Positions 40,859 through 50,696 of a stretch of 64,000 nucleotides of DNA are shown piece after piece. The first letter of the stretch is position 1; each line of letters begins with the position of its first letter. Origin of the DNA: a virus; the IMG/VR virus record IMGVR_UViG_3300042922_000923, positions 67,111-131,110 of that record; one strand, written 5' to 3'. The translations under genes and the position numbers were made by a program. The notes beneath the pieces are model-generated. The model saw only the letters and a list, made by a program, of their open reading frames with translations, searched no databases and was not told where the DNA came from.

Positions 40859-42658
40859 TTATTCCAAAGCAGGTTTTTGTCCAGTTAATTCTCTAACTAA
40901 TTTTTTTAATATTTCCTTGGCATCTTTATCTCTTACGTTAGCAGATTGTAGCCTAATTTCATTAAAAAACCAGTCTCCACGTGAGCTATTTTTAGGATCT
41001 AATTTTAAGTCTAAAGGCACTAAAGGTATTGCAGAGGCAATGTTTGCAGTGTGTAACCATTTAGAATAAATATCGCTTAGAGTATACTTACCCTTATTGC
41101 CATAAAAAGTATTTCCTACCTGTGTAACAATACCAAGTACTTTATCTTTATTATAGTCATAAACTCCAAGTGTAGGATACATACCTCCAGTAACAGTATT
41201 TATAAGTCTAGCATAATCTCCCTCTTCATGGTGAGATGCACTTGACTGTATTGTATTAAATATCTTTTCTTGATAGTCTTTATTAGAATTTGGAGTGCTA
41301 GATACACAAAGATACTGTTCTATTTCATTCCATGCTTTATTCCATGCTTGCTCAGAATCAGAAACATCAACTTTAAATCCAGTATCCTGTAAGTATTTAA
41401 GCGCTTTTTCTCTTCCAAAAATGTATTTTAATGACAATGCTGTTCCGTAGTCAAAGCCTAATATAGCTCCAAAATACTTCTTTCTCTTATCTGGTAAGTT
41501 AGCAAGTGGAATAGTAGGCAATTCTACATCTTTATCCCCTTGAGTTACCTGAATAGTTTGTGGTTCAGTATCTTGAGTTACATTAGCTCCAGTATGTTGA
41601 TTCATTCCTGAAATGTTAGAATTACTAGAAGCCTTTCCTGGTCCAACTGCCTTTTGATTTGGTGATTTTGGATCACCCTCGTACTTTTTAGCATTTGCAT
41701 CTTTTACTTTTGCATGTTCATCTGATGGATTACTAGCAGCATTAGAATCACTATCTGATGGCCCTTGGTCATCTTTTACCCAAAATCCCTGCTCATGGAG
41801 TATACCATGATCGTTAACCATCTTTTTTTCATACCTAAGCTTAGTCTTATCAACTTTTCTAGTTGATACTGGTACTGATTTAGATAAGTCTGAAGGAGGT
41901 GATACTTCTTCTGTAGATGCTACAACTAATCTACACATACAATTTGGATGCATTGTACCTAATACAGGCTTCCATTCTCCCACTTTTTTACCATAGTTTG
42001 TTCCATTTTCTATTAGTTCTCTTAGTGTAAACTTCTTTGGATTTCCATTAGAATCTAAATAATGCTTTTTACAGTGCTTACAAGCATCTGGTTCTAGTTT
42101 CTTATACACTATAGTATCTAGTCCATCCTTAGAGTGCTCTATAATACTTTCAGCTTGACCATAAATCTTTGCATTCCATAGTTCAGTGTGTGCTATACTT
42201 CTCCAGTTTTTTGTATAATCTTTTGTTAGATCCTCAAGCTTCTTTGCAATAGTAGTAGAATCATTTGCATCTACATTTTTTATAAATATATTTTTTATAT
42301 CATTCTTTGTAACTTCATTGATAACTTGTTTTTTTATATCATTTTTAAAACTATCAATAGAGTTTAATGAGTTAATCTTTATGAATAGTAATGCCTTTTT
42401 ATCTGCATCAGATAATTCAACATTGCTAATTAATTTAAAAATTTCTTCAGCATTTTTATTTTTTATAGATATATTACTGAGCATTTCAGCTTTTCCATAT
42501 TTATAGAATAAATCTACTATTGGTTTTTTATCCTTTATTCTAAGTGATTCAAGTACACTTTCATCTGGTTTGTTTTCTCCAGTTAATACATAGTTCATTA
42601 CATTCATATACTTATTAATTACTGCTTCAATTTGTTTAACTTTATCAAGTGTAATCAT
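40859..42658 (-). CDS. Head morphogenesis protein (MuF/gp7-like) with long C-terminal extension
   Basis: W.SIAHTEL, ACKHC and MHPNCMC motifs; adjacent to the portal gene. Confidence 0.7.
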   Translation of the reverse strand: MITLDKVKQIEAVINKYMNVMNYVLTGENKPDESVLESLRIKDKKPIVDLFYKYGKAEMLSNISIKNKNAEEIFKLISNVELSDADKKALLFIKINSLNSIDSFKNDIKKQVINEVTKNDIKNIFIKNVDANDSTTIAKKLEDLTKDYTKNWRSIAHTELWNAKIYGQAESIIEHSKDGLDTIVYKKLEPDACKHCKKHYLDSNGNPKKFTLRELIENGTNYGKKVGEWKPVLGTMHPNCMCRLVVASTEEVSPPSDLSKSVPVSTRKVDKTKLRYEKKMVNDHGILHEQGFWVKDDQGPSDSDSNAASNPSDEHAKVKDANAKKYEGDPKSPNQKAVGPGKASSNSNISGMNQHTGANVTQDTEPQTIQVTQGDKDVELPTIPLANLPDKRKKYFGAILGFDYGTALSLKYIFGREKALKYLQDTGFKVDVSDSEQAWNKAWNEIEQYLCVSSTPNSNKDYQEKIFNTIQSSASHHEEGDYARLINTVTGGMYPTLGVYDYNKDKVLGIVTQVGNTFYGNKGKYTLSDIYSKWLHTANIASAIPLVPLDLKLDPKNSSRGDWFFNEIRLQSANVRDKDAKEILKKLVRELTGQKPALE

Positions 42659-42704
42659 AGTATTCCTCCTTATATAAAAAAGCTAGACATTGTGCCTAGC
42701 TTAA

Positions 42705-43037
42705 CTAATAGTCTATCATAATTCTGTCCTGTGGATCATCTGGTAGTGTGTTAGGAGGCTGCTCTGCATTATAGAACGAGAATAAGGACTCTTGACCACC
42801 ATTAGCAAACAGGTTGCAAATAACATCTTTAGCAACTTTAATTGGATCTACTGAAAAGTCTCTTCCTGGAGATAGGCTTATTGCTAAATCTATAATAGCT
42901 CTATTACCTATCTCATTTTGCAAATCTAAAAATTCCTGTTCCTCTTGAGTTTTAGCTTTAGGAATATTTAAAAATGCATTGTTATTTACAACTAATTTTG
43001 GACCTGAATCAGAATGTACGTCACGTGGATCTATCAT
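42705..43037 (-). CDS. Hypothetical protein
   Basis: ORF with AGGAGG RBS. Confidence 0.6.
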   Translation of the reverse strand: MIDPRDVHSDSGPKLVVNNNAFLNIPKAKTQEEQEFLDLQNEIGNRAIIDLAISLSPGRDFSVDPIKVAKDVICNLFANGGQESLFSFYNAEQPPNTLPDDPQDRIMIDY

Positions 43038-43052
43038 ACCCTAGTCCTCCTA

Positions 43053-43268
43053 TCATTGAATTATATTTCTGATATCCTTTATAATTTGCTTTCGTATTAT
43101 TTTAATAATATCAAGCAATTCTTCATCAGCTGTTCTAAGAATTGGTTCATCAAATTCTTTTTCTATGTTGGTATCATGTTTTAAAAATTCTAGTGCTTTT
43201 TCTAATGAAGCTTCAGCATCCACTTCATCTTCAGCACCATTAATTTGAATTTTCGCCAATGGTATCAC
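43053..43268 (-). CDS. Hypothetical protein
   Basis: ORF with RBS; GTG start. Confidence 0.55.
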   Translation of the reverse strand: MIPLAKIQINGAEDEVDAEASLEKALEFLKHDTNIEKEFDEPILRTADEELLDIIKIIRKQIIKDIRNIIQ

Positions 43269-43423
43269 CTTCCTTTTTTGGGTATAATAGATCTTTTATT
43301 CTTATTATACACTTTATTGTCAGAAAAGCAAGACTTTAGAAGATTCTCGACGATTTCTTCTTCTGGTCTATCTGTGTATTTATACAATGCTTTACGTAAA
43401 CTTTCAGGAACTTTTTTACCCAT
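43265..43423 (-). CDS. 52-aa hypothetical protein (not in ORF track)
   Basis: MGKKVPESLRKALY... after GAGGTG; its stop overlaps the next start. Confidence 0.5.
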   Translation of the reverse strand: MGKKVPESLRKALYKYTDRPEEEIVENLLKSCFSDNKVYNKNKRSIIPKKGR

Positions 43424-43440
43424 TTTGGCTTCACCTCTCA

Positions 43441-43719
43441 TTAATACAAGTTATGATTATATATTTTTATATTATGATTTTCATTCCATTCTTCATTTTG
43501 TCCAAGTAATATTTCAACTTTATGTTTAATATAACTATTACTTTTAGAAAAATCATTCTTTATTGCTTTTTGTACAATTATTTTACAGGTTTTTATACTA
43601 TCATTAATATGAACATGAGTGTTAAGTTTTTTATTAATTATGGTGTAGTAACTCTTTTTCTTTCCACCATTAATTACAACTAAGTATTCCTGTTTTTCTA
43701 ATAGAATGCAGCTACTCAT
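43441..43719 (-). CDS. Hypothetical protein
   Basis: ORF with GAGGTG RBS. Confidence 0.55.
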   Translation of the reverse strand: MSSCILLEKQEYLVVINGGKKKSYYTIINKKLNTHVHINDSIKTCKIIVQKAIKNDFSKSNSYIKHKVEILLGQNEEWNENHNIKIYNHNLY

Positions 43720-43773
43720 AAAACCACCTCTTTTAATATACTAATAATATAATGAGTAGCTACACAATTAGAT

Positions 43774-45489
43774 TTAGATAAATTCCATTCCTATATCTTT
43801 ATTAGTGTTGTAATTCAACAATTTATCTTTTCCTATTAATGTATATACTAATGCGCAAGCTAAGTGATCTGGGCCTACTCTAGTAGCAATTTGATAGACT
43901 TGTCCTCCATCTTCCATATCCATGATACGTACATTTTTTAAATGTTTAGTAAGCATTGCAATTTTTTCGTCCCACGTATATAAGTTTATTCCTTGAGACT
44001 TAATAGTATGCAACATTCTCTGAACAACTGTAGTTTTATCTACAGAAACTTCTCTAGCTGTATCATTCCACTGATTTATAAATTTAACACTAGATTGAGA
44101 GTTTTTGACTGTTAAGAACTTACAAGAATACAATGCATTCGGAAACTGTTGGTACATATAACTATTTCTATCAGAACCATATCCAGCATCAGCTACAATT
44201 AAGTTTGGTTGATATGCCTTTAATATAGCTGCCATATGCATAACCGGTTCTAATGGTTTAAAAGGATTATCAGCAAACCAATAGATGTCTAAAAGGTCTA
44301 TTTGACCATTGCCTTTTATACCTATTATAACCATCCAGTTTACAGCTCCCCAGTCTATTCCTGCAATGATTAGATTGTATTCTCTGGTTCTAGATAAAGT
44401 AGCTGAATTTAGCTTAATAGCTAATCTTACGTCCTGTTCATTTACTATTAATCCTTCAGAGGCATAAGGATATCCTAAAACGTAGTTATAGAATAATTGT
44501 TTAGATGAATAGTTTTTCTGTCTTCTCATTATATCCGTTGGAGATATCCAAGGAGCATCCAATTGAGATATAAAGTAACCCTTAATTTCAATTCTATTAG
44601 GATTTAAAGGTACCCATATACCATCTGCCTCCATTCTATTTAATGGTAATTTACAATGAGAACAAATAATATCATAGCTATCATCTGGAATATCATCTAC
44701 TAGTGGATCAAATCCAGATTTAACTTGAACAATGTTATCTTCTAAAGTTATGATTTGTCTAGTTCCACAATGTGGACATGTCCAAAACCATTGATTTTTA
44801 TCAGAAATATCATATAGCCTATTAACACCTCTTCCGGGGATAGTAGGTGTAGACCACCTGCTCATTAAATGATACTGAGAAGACTTTAAGGATTCCTGAA
44901 AGGCAAGTTCAACATTATCCTTCATTCTGTCATATTCATCAAAAGCTACAAAGTCAGCATCGACACCTTCACCCAGTGCAGATCCCCAGGCACTTCTCAT
45001 AAATAGAAAGCTGGTACCTATCTTCTTTAAAGATACACTATCTTGCTCTTTAGAAATTAAGCTCTGCATATGTTCTCCAGATTGAAGTGCCGGCTTAACT
45101 CTTGTGTTACTAAATTCTTTCATTTGCTGATCTCTAGGGAATGTGTATACTGCTTTAGTATTCTTATTAACATCTAGAAAATGAAGGACCTTACTCATAC
45201 CTGTCTCTGACAGTCCTAATTGTCTAGATTTTTGCACAACTATGTTTTCATGAGGATCATCTAATATTGCAACCTGCCAAGGCCTACGTGCGTAGGGATT
45301 ATGCTTACTGTTAAATACAGTAGGCTTATTTTTTATAGCTTTATACTTTAGCGCCCATAGACTAGCGAATCGCTTTATATACGCTTGCTCTATAACACTT
45401 AAATCACAATTTTGAAGGACAGACTGAGCTTCATTTACTTCTTGTAGAAGTCTTTGATACTGCTCTTCAGAATTAAACGAATCTACCAT
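43774..45489 (-). CDS. terL: Terminase large subunit
   Basis: Walker A-like KSRQLGLSE, Walker B FVAFDEYDR, STPT, CPHC/CSHC, nuclease GIDWG and DHLACA. Confidence 0.93.
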   Translation of the reverse strand: MVDSFNSEEQYQRLLQEVNEAQSVLQNCDLSVIEQAYIKRFASLWALKYKAIKNKPTVFNSKHNPYARRPWQVAILDDPHENIVVQKSRQLGLSETGMSKVLHFLDVNKNTKAVYTFPRDQQMKEFSNTRVKPALQSGEHMQSLISKEQDSVSLKKIGTSFLFMRSAWGSALGEGVDADFVAFDEYDRMKDNVELAFQESLKSSQYHLMSRWSTPTIPGRGVNRLYDISDKNQWFWTCPHCGTRQIITLEDNIVQVKSGFDPLVDDIPDDSYDIICSHCKLPLNRMEADGIWVPLNPNRIEIKGYFISQLDAPWISPTDIMRRQKNYSSKQLFYNYVLGYPYASEGLIVNEQDVRLAIKLNSATLSRTREYNLIIAGIDWGAVNWMVIIGIKGNGQIDLLDIYWFADNPFKPLEPVMHMAAILKAYQPNLIVADAGYGSDRNSYMYQQFPNALYSCKFLTVKNSQSSVKFINQWNDTAREVSVDKTTVVQRMLHTIKSQGINLYTWDEKIAMLTKHLKNVRIMDMEDGGQVYQIATRVGPDHLACALVYTLIGKDKLLNYNTNKDIGMEFI

Positions 45490-45635
45490 AATGTAGCCTC
45501 CTTTCATTAGTAATATAGAGAAGAGGCTACATGTACACTTTGTATATTATAGTATTCTCTATGTGGAAAGTATCTAAATAATTACTAAAAACACGCCTTT
45601 TTAATATTAAAGACATGTAATTTGGAGGATTAATA

Positions 45636-46766
45636 ATGGAAAATTCAGATGTAAATTCAAGCTTATCAAATGAAGAGCTTTTAAGATTATACAGAAGTAC
45701 AAATAATAGAAAATACTTAAATTTACTTTTTGCAAATGTAGAGAACCTAGTTTACTATGCGTGTAGTCATACTTCTTCTGGAAAAAAGCTTATGACTGTA
45801 TATAAATTATCACTAGAAGAAGTTAAAAGTATAGCTTTTTTGGGAGTAAGTAAGATAATAAATACTTATTCTTTTGAGAGAAACATAAAATTTTCTACTG
45901 CTATGTATAGTTATATAATTCGTGAATTTCATAAAAGTTTCGATTATTACAATAGAAAAAATAGGGAACTTAATTTAGACAGTTTACAAGGTTCCTGTTC
46001 TCAAAGGGATGATTTTGCTACACCTGTAGCAATGTCTGAACAATTAAAGGATGAAACTATTGATATAGAAGAACATGTATTAGACGAAATAGAATACTCT
46101 GAATATTCTTTAAAATTAAATAATGCTCTAGAAGTTATGTCTGAACGCTCTAAATTTATAATACATGAATATTTTTATAATAATAAAACCAATGCAGACA
46201 TAGCTAAAGTACTAAACTTTAATGCAAACTCAGTCAGTAGGTTAAAGATTGAAATACTAAAGGAATTAAAAAAGATGATTATAGATCCAGAGTATATAGA
46301 GATAGCTAAGACACACGAAAAGGATAAATCACGTGGAGTACTAAGAAATCTTCCAAAAGATTATAAAAAGTATACTAAGCTACTAAGTGACAAAGAAAAA
46401 AAGGCTTTAAATATGAGACTTAATGGAAAGACATATGAAGAAATTGGAAAGAAACTTAGTATACATCAAGGTACAGTTGGTTCTATTCTTACTAGAGTAG
46501 TAAATAAACTCGGTGAAGCAACGATAAGAGATGCTGGTAAATGTAAAACTAAAGAATTTTATGAGACTCTATATAAGAAGTATCCAAAGTATCTAAATGA
46601 AATAAGCTTAACAGACCAGAGGCTATTAGAGTTTAAGTATAAAGAAAATAAAAAATATTCTGAAATAGCAAAAATGTTAGATAAAAAGGAAACTGCTGTT
46701 TGCGTTTTAATTCGTAACGCTGAGTATAGATTTGGGAACGTTATTATGAGATATGAAGAAATATAG
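45636..46766 (+). CDS. Phage sigma-70-family factor with three tandem region-4-like HTHs
   Basis: Region 2 (AFLGVSKIINTYSFERNIKFSTAMY) plus three HTH segments: TNADIAKVL, TYEEIGKKL and KYSEIAKML. Confidence 0.8.
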   Translation: MENSDVNSSLSNEELLRLYRSTNNRKYLNLLFANVENLVYYACSHTSSGKKLMTVYKLSLEEVKSIAFLGVSKIINTYSFERNIKFSTAMYSYIIREFHKSFDYYNRKNRELNLDSLQGSCSQRDDFATPVAMSEQLKDETIDIEEHVLDEIEYSEYSLKLNNALEVMSERSKFIIHEYFYNNKTNADIAKVLNFNANSVSRLKIEILKELKKMIIDPEYIEIAKTHEKDKSRGVLRNLPKDYKKYTKLLSDKEKKALNMRLNGKTYEEIGKKLSIHQGTVGSILTRVVNKLGEATIRDAGKCKTKEFYETLYKKYPKYLNEISLTDQRLLEFKYKENKKYSEIAKMLDKKETAVCVLIRNAEYRFGNVIMRYEEI

Positions 46767-46852
46767 AGTTTCTATGTGGCAATTATCTAATATTTTTGAA
46801 AAATAGAGCTTTTATATTTATATAGTGATTAATAAAAAGAGGTGAAAAAGAT

Positions 46853-47083
46853 ATGATTAAAATGTATAAAGGTAACTTTTGTAATAATTGTGACATGGTA
46901 TCTCAATACTTAAAATCAAATGATGTTAAGTTTGAAGAAATAGAAATAACACCTGAAATTCAAAAAGAGCTAGTAGCTAAAGGACTTAAAACTTTACCTG
47001 TACTAGATGTAAATGGTGAATTAAAATCAGGCCTTTCTAAAAAAGATTTAGATGAATTAATAAAATTTGAAAAAGGTATGTAG
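46853..47083 (+). CDS. Glutaredoxin/NrdH-like redoxin
   Basis: CNNC active site and TLPVL cis-Pro motif; 76 aa. Confidence 0.85.
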   Translation: MIKMYKGNFCNNCDMVSQYLKSNDVKFEEIEITPEIQKELVAKGLKTLPVLDVNGELKSGLSKKDLDELIKFEKGM

Positions 47084-47096
47084 AAAAGGAGTACAC

Positions 47097-47597
47097 ATGG
47101 AACAAATAATAGAACAACCTAATGGACAATTATGTATATATTCACCTAAGGATAACAAAATGCTTTTAAAAAATGCATCAGCTGGAGAGGTTATAAATTT
47201 TATTGTAACTTTAGAGCTTAAAGAAGCTAAGGAGAACATAATAGCAAGAACAAAAGATTTAATAGCTGCTGCAAGGCATAATAAGGAACCACTACATGAG
47301 TTTGCTTATTCTTATAAAGAAGCTACTGAAAGAATAACAGATAGTTATATACAGGAAGCCTCTGAAAGAGGTAAAAGCTTAGGATGCGAGTTAAATCCAA
47401 ATAAAGAAACAGTAAATAAAATTGTTACTGCACTAAATAATACTAAAGAGCTTTTAGGAAAGTCATATTGTCCATGTTCTTTAATAAAAGATGAATCTAC
47501 AATTTGCTGTTGCGATGAATGGAAAAAATCTATGACTGATAATTCAAATGAATTTTGTCACTGTAAATTGTATTATAATCCTAATTTCCGTAAATAA
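47097..47597 (+). CDS. Protein with ferredoxin-thioredoxin reductase catalytic-chain-like C-terminal domain
   Basis: YCPC...ICCC...FCHCKLY compared with the FTR consensus CPC/CPC/CHC. Confidence 0.72.
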   Translation: MEQIIEQPNGQLCIYSPKDNKMLLKNASAGEVINFIVTLELKEAKENIIARTKDLIAAARHNKEPLHEFAYSYKEATERITDSYIQEASERGKSLGCELNPNKETVNKIVTALNNTKELLGKSYCPCSLIKDESTICCCDEWKKSMTDNSNEFCHCKLYYNPNFRK

Positions 47598-47632
47598 TAA
47601 TTGTATCTAATTTGAAAGAGGGTAATGATTTT

Positions 47633-48085
47633 ATGTTTCATTTTTTTAATTTATTTAATAAACCAAAGCAAACTATCGAAAATTCAGATAATACTATACA
47701 GGCTTTAAGTGATGGTAATGTGTGCAAAATAACTGTAAATGGAGTCACAAAAACAGTACTAGGATCTATTTCTTCTGTTATTGGAAAGAGGATTTATGTA
47801 GATGGTAAAGCTGTTTCTATGGAAGGACTTAATGATGATGCGTATAGCAACTCTGAAGTTGTAAATATAATCATAGAAGGATCAGCACAAGATATAACTT
47901 GTACTGGAAATGTAACGGTACATGGTAATGTAGTTGGCAAGATAGCTTCTGATGAAGATGTGTGCATCTGTGGAGATATGTCAGGCACAATCATAGCTGA
48001 AGGTGATGTAAGTATTGAAGGAGCATATGAAGGACCTGTCAGGTCTAATACGCTTACTGTACAGAAAATGTCTACAAGCTGTTAA
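47633..48085 (+). CDS. Beta-helical repeat (bactofilin/polymer-forming-like) protein
   Basis: Repeats of GNVTVHGNV.G.I...DV...GD..G.I..EGDV. Confidence 0.5.
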   Translation: MFHFFNLFNKPKQTIENSDNTIQALSDGNVCKITVNGVTKTVLGSISSVIGKRIYVDGKAVSMEGLNDDAYSNSEVVNIIIEGSAQDITCTGNVTVHGNVVGKIASDEDVCICGDMSGTIIAEGDVSIEGAYEGPVRSNTLTVQKMSTSC

Positions 48086-48227
48086 GGAGGTTTATTATGG
48101 AATTAGGAAAGATAGTTAAAATACATGGAACCTCTTTTAAATTAATACTTGAATTTAAAAATTTTTATTTAGGATTAAATTTAGAAACTCATAAGTGTAA
48201 AGAAATTCCAATATTGGAGAGGATAAA

Positions 48228-48569
48228 ATGATAAGTACAGGAACCGAAAGATATATACGTGGGTACAATTTCATAAATAATAAAAGTGTTTGGACAGAGG
48301 CCAGAAAGGGAGAGAAAGTAGTAATAAGACTATATGATGTAACTCCAGCTGAAGATGGTAAAGGTGAAATACTATCACGTGGCAACAAAGTTATATCAGG
48401 AGTAATAATGGATATAGGAACTAAATTTCTTACTTTAGAAACTGGCCCTCGGCTTATCTGCAAAAGGAGCACATATTTATCCTGGAAAAAAATAAGAATA
48501 GATATTGTGCATTCTTTTCACAAGTATCCAAGCAATCATCAAGAATATAAAGATTATAAATTATATTAA
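48228..48569 (+). CDS. Hypothetical protein
   Basis: ORF with RBS. Confidence 0.6.
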   Translation: MISTGTERYIRGYNFINNKSVWTEARKGEKVVIRLYDVTPAEDGKGEILSRGNKVISGVIMDIGTKFLTLETGPRLICKRSTYLSWKKIRIDIVHSFHKYPSNHQEYKDYKLY

Positions 48570-48585
48570 ATAGGGGGATGGTATT

Positions 48586-49092
48586 ATGCCAGAAGAAAGT
48601 AATAGAATTATTTCAGCTAAACCATTTAGAATTAACAATAAATTTATATTAGAGCCTTTAGAAGATAAAGCAGCTGAGGTTGCATTAAGAGCATATGCAG
48701 ATGCACTAGATGATACTGCACCACACAATTTAAAAAATGTAGTACAAGAGTTTTTATCAAATCTTCAAAAGCTAAGAGATCTAGAAAAACTTTTTAGTGA
48801 AAATGGGTATACTCCTGAAAAAATATCAGAAATTAAGTGCTCAGATGCTATAGCTGTGGAAGAATATTTAGAAAATCTAGAAGCTGAAAAGAAAATAGCT
48901 CCTATATTTAAGGTAATAATGACAGATAACTATGATAGAGAGCTTTATGATGACAAGCTTGTACAGGATAACCTAGTGCTTGCTGAGGCTGAAGAAATGG
49001 CTAGTAAGCTAAATAGTAAATTAGGTGATTATTCTAATTGGTGGTATAAGGTAGTACCAAATAGCTATGAACTTTTTGTATATGAACCTTAA
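48586..49092 (+). CDS. Hypothetical protein
   Basis: ORF with RBS. Confidence 0.65.
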   Translation: MPEESNRIISAKPFRINNKFILEPLEDKAAEVALRAYADALDDTAPHNLKNVVQEFLSNLQKLRDLEKLFSENGYTPEKISEIKCSDAIAVEEYLENLEAEKKIAPIFKVIMTDNYDRELYDDKLVQDNLVLAEAEEMASKLNSKLGDYSNWWYKVVPNSYELFVYEP

Positions 49093-49117
49093 AAATTAAT
49101 AGTAGGAAGGGAATTTT

Positions 49118-49393
49118 ATGGGAAAGAATAAAATAAAAACAATGATTGATCTAGAAAAACTATTCAATACAGCAAAACAGTTTGGAATGAATTATATTGC
49201 TATAAAAATAAAGATGCCAGGTCTAGATAATCCTGAAATAACTATTACTCCTAAGAGCAATTTTGATTCTAGGTTGGAATATTGCAAAATGGTCTATGAT
49301 GACAATCTTCACTTGAAAGCTAATCCAGACATTAAGATAATATCAGCATGTGCTGAATATAAAGCTAAAAATATTATTGATAACTTTTTATAG
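49118..49393 (+). CDS. Hypothetical protein
   Basis: ORF with RBS. Confidence 0.65.
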   Translation: MGKNKIKTMIDLEKLFNTAKQFGMNYIAIKIKMPGLDNPEITITPKSNFDSRLEYCKMVYDDNLHLKANPDIKIISACAEYKAKNIIDNFL

Positions 49394-49404
49394 GGAGGTG
49401 AAGG

Positions 49405-49722
49405 ATGCATACATTACTTGATACAATAAGAGATATTAAAGATAATAAAAAGCCAGATTATGAAGATTTACGTTATGCAGTACTTGCTCTATTAAAATTA
49501 AATGCAGTTACTCAAAGTATATTAGAGGACGTAAGCTCTGATACTCCTGTAGGTAGCCTTGCATCCAAAAAGAGAAAGATAAAATTACTATTTTCACAGG
49601 CTTTAATTACTTCACCAAAAGAATTTGTAGGTTGGAAAGATGATCCAGAAAATCCTGAGTATCAAAGGTATAGACAAGTTTCAAAGAGGATACTCAATAG
49701 ATTCAGGCAAAAACTAAAGTAA
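49405..49722 (+). CDS. Hypothetical protein
   Basis: ORF with GGAGG; followed by a terminator hairpin at about 49731-49757. Confidence 0.65.
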   Translation: MHTLLDTIRDIKDNKKPDYEDLRYAVLALLKLNAVTQSILEDVSSDTPVGSLASKKRKIKLLFSQALITSPKEFVGWKDDPENPEYQRYRQVSKRILNRFRQKLK

Positions 49723-49836
49723 CTTATATTGCTGCATGAAAGTGCAGCTTATTTTTTATAAAATTTCAATAAATTTGCACAAATTTCAGTAAAAAACATA
49801 TCTTAATATTATAAATAACATCAAGGAGATTTTTAT

Positions 49837-50412
49837 ATGTTAACACCTGAAATTAGAACTATGGACATGAAAGAAGTTATAGAACTTTGGAATACTGATA
49901 ATAAAAAATTAAAGATTAAATTATTGGATGATTATCATGATTTAGCTAAAGAGTATAGAAATCAAATTAAAATTTACAATCAAGAAGGACATAAAACAAG
50001 TAAACTGTGGCTAGAACGTCATAGCTGTACACCTATTAATTATCAAGCTGAACTAGGAATAGAAGAATATATAAGAGACAAAATTATATTCTCAGAGGAC
50101 TTTACTGAGAATATAAAAATAGGTTTAGAAATATTCCATTCTATGCTAAGTAACAGGCGCGAAATTCAGGCCTATGTATTAGCAGAGACAATAAGATTAA
50201 AGGCAAGAGAAATTGAAGATGTATTGCAGCTTTTAAATATTAAGGTTCCATATGTTAAAGATTTTGAAAAACAAAATAACTGGTTACATGAGGATCTAGA
50301 TGAATTAAGACTACAAGAATTTAAAGAGGCTGAGGAAAAGCAAAAGGAAATTAAGGAACGTGCTAAATACCTTTGTGAAAGTATTGATGAAGAGGGAGCT
50401 TCAGCCTTATGA
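49837..50412 (+). CDS. Hypothetical protein
   Basis: ORF with AGGAG. Confidence 0.65.
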   Translation: MLTPEIRTMDMKEVIELWNTDNKKLKIKLLDDYHDLAKEYRNQIKIYNQEGHKTSKLWLERHSCTPINYQAELGIEEYIRDKIIFSEDFTENIKIGLEIFHSMLSNRREIQAYVLAETIRLKAREIEDVLQLLNIKVPYVKDFEKQNNWLHEDLDELRLQEFKEAEEKQKEIKERAKYLCESIDEEGASAL

Positions 50413-50684
50413 ATATAAATGAAAAATGTGATTTATTAAAGAATAAATGTATTAAGCTTCTACAGGAAAGTAATAATAAGCAAGTTAAGATTCAGGAAGA
50501 ATATGATTCCTTATGTATTAAAAGGAGAAAAAAGAGAACTGAAGAAGTTGAAGCAGCTATTGATGAAAATATAACAACTTCAGCTAAGAATTTTAATAAC
50601 AGATTTATGTATGAGGACATTGTATCTCTAATTGAATTTCTTCAGGATGAAACAGCTTCTTCTTATAAAGAAATTGAAATTTAA
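50409..50684 (+). CDS. Hypothetical protein
   Basis: Coupled ORF (ATGA overlap). Confidence 0.6.
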   Translation: MNINEKCDLLKNKCIKLLQESNNKQVKIQEEYDSLCIKRRKKRTEEVEAAIDENITTSAKNFNNRFMYEDIVSLIEFLQDETASSYKEIEI

Positions 50685-50696
50685 AATAAGCAAGGT

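Noticed and set aside
25284-45489. Group I introns or inteins in terminase, capsid or sheath genes (common in Twort-like phages)
   Set aside because: The ORFs are continuous and of normal length, with no homing endonuclease or intein motifs seen
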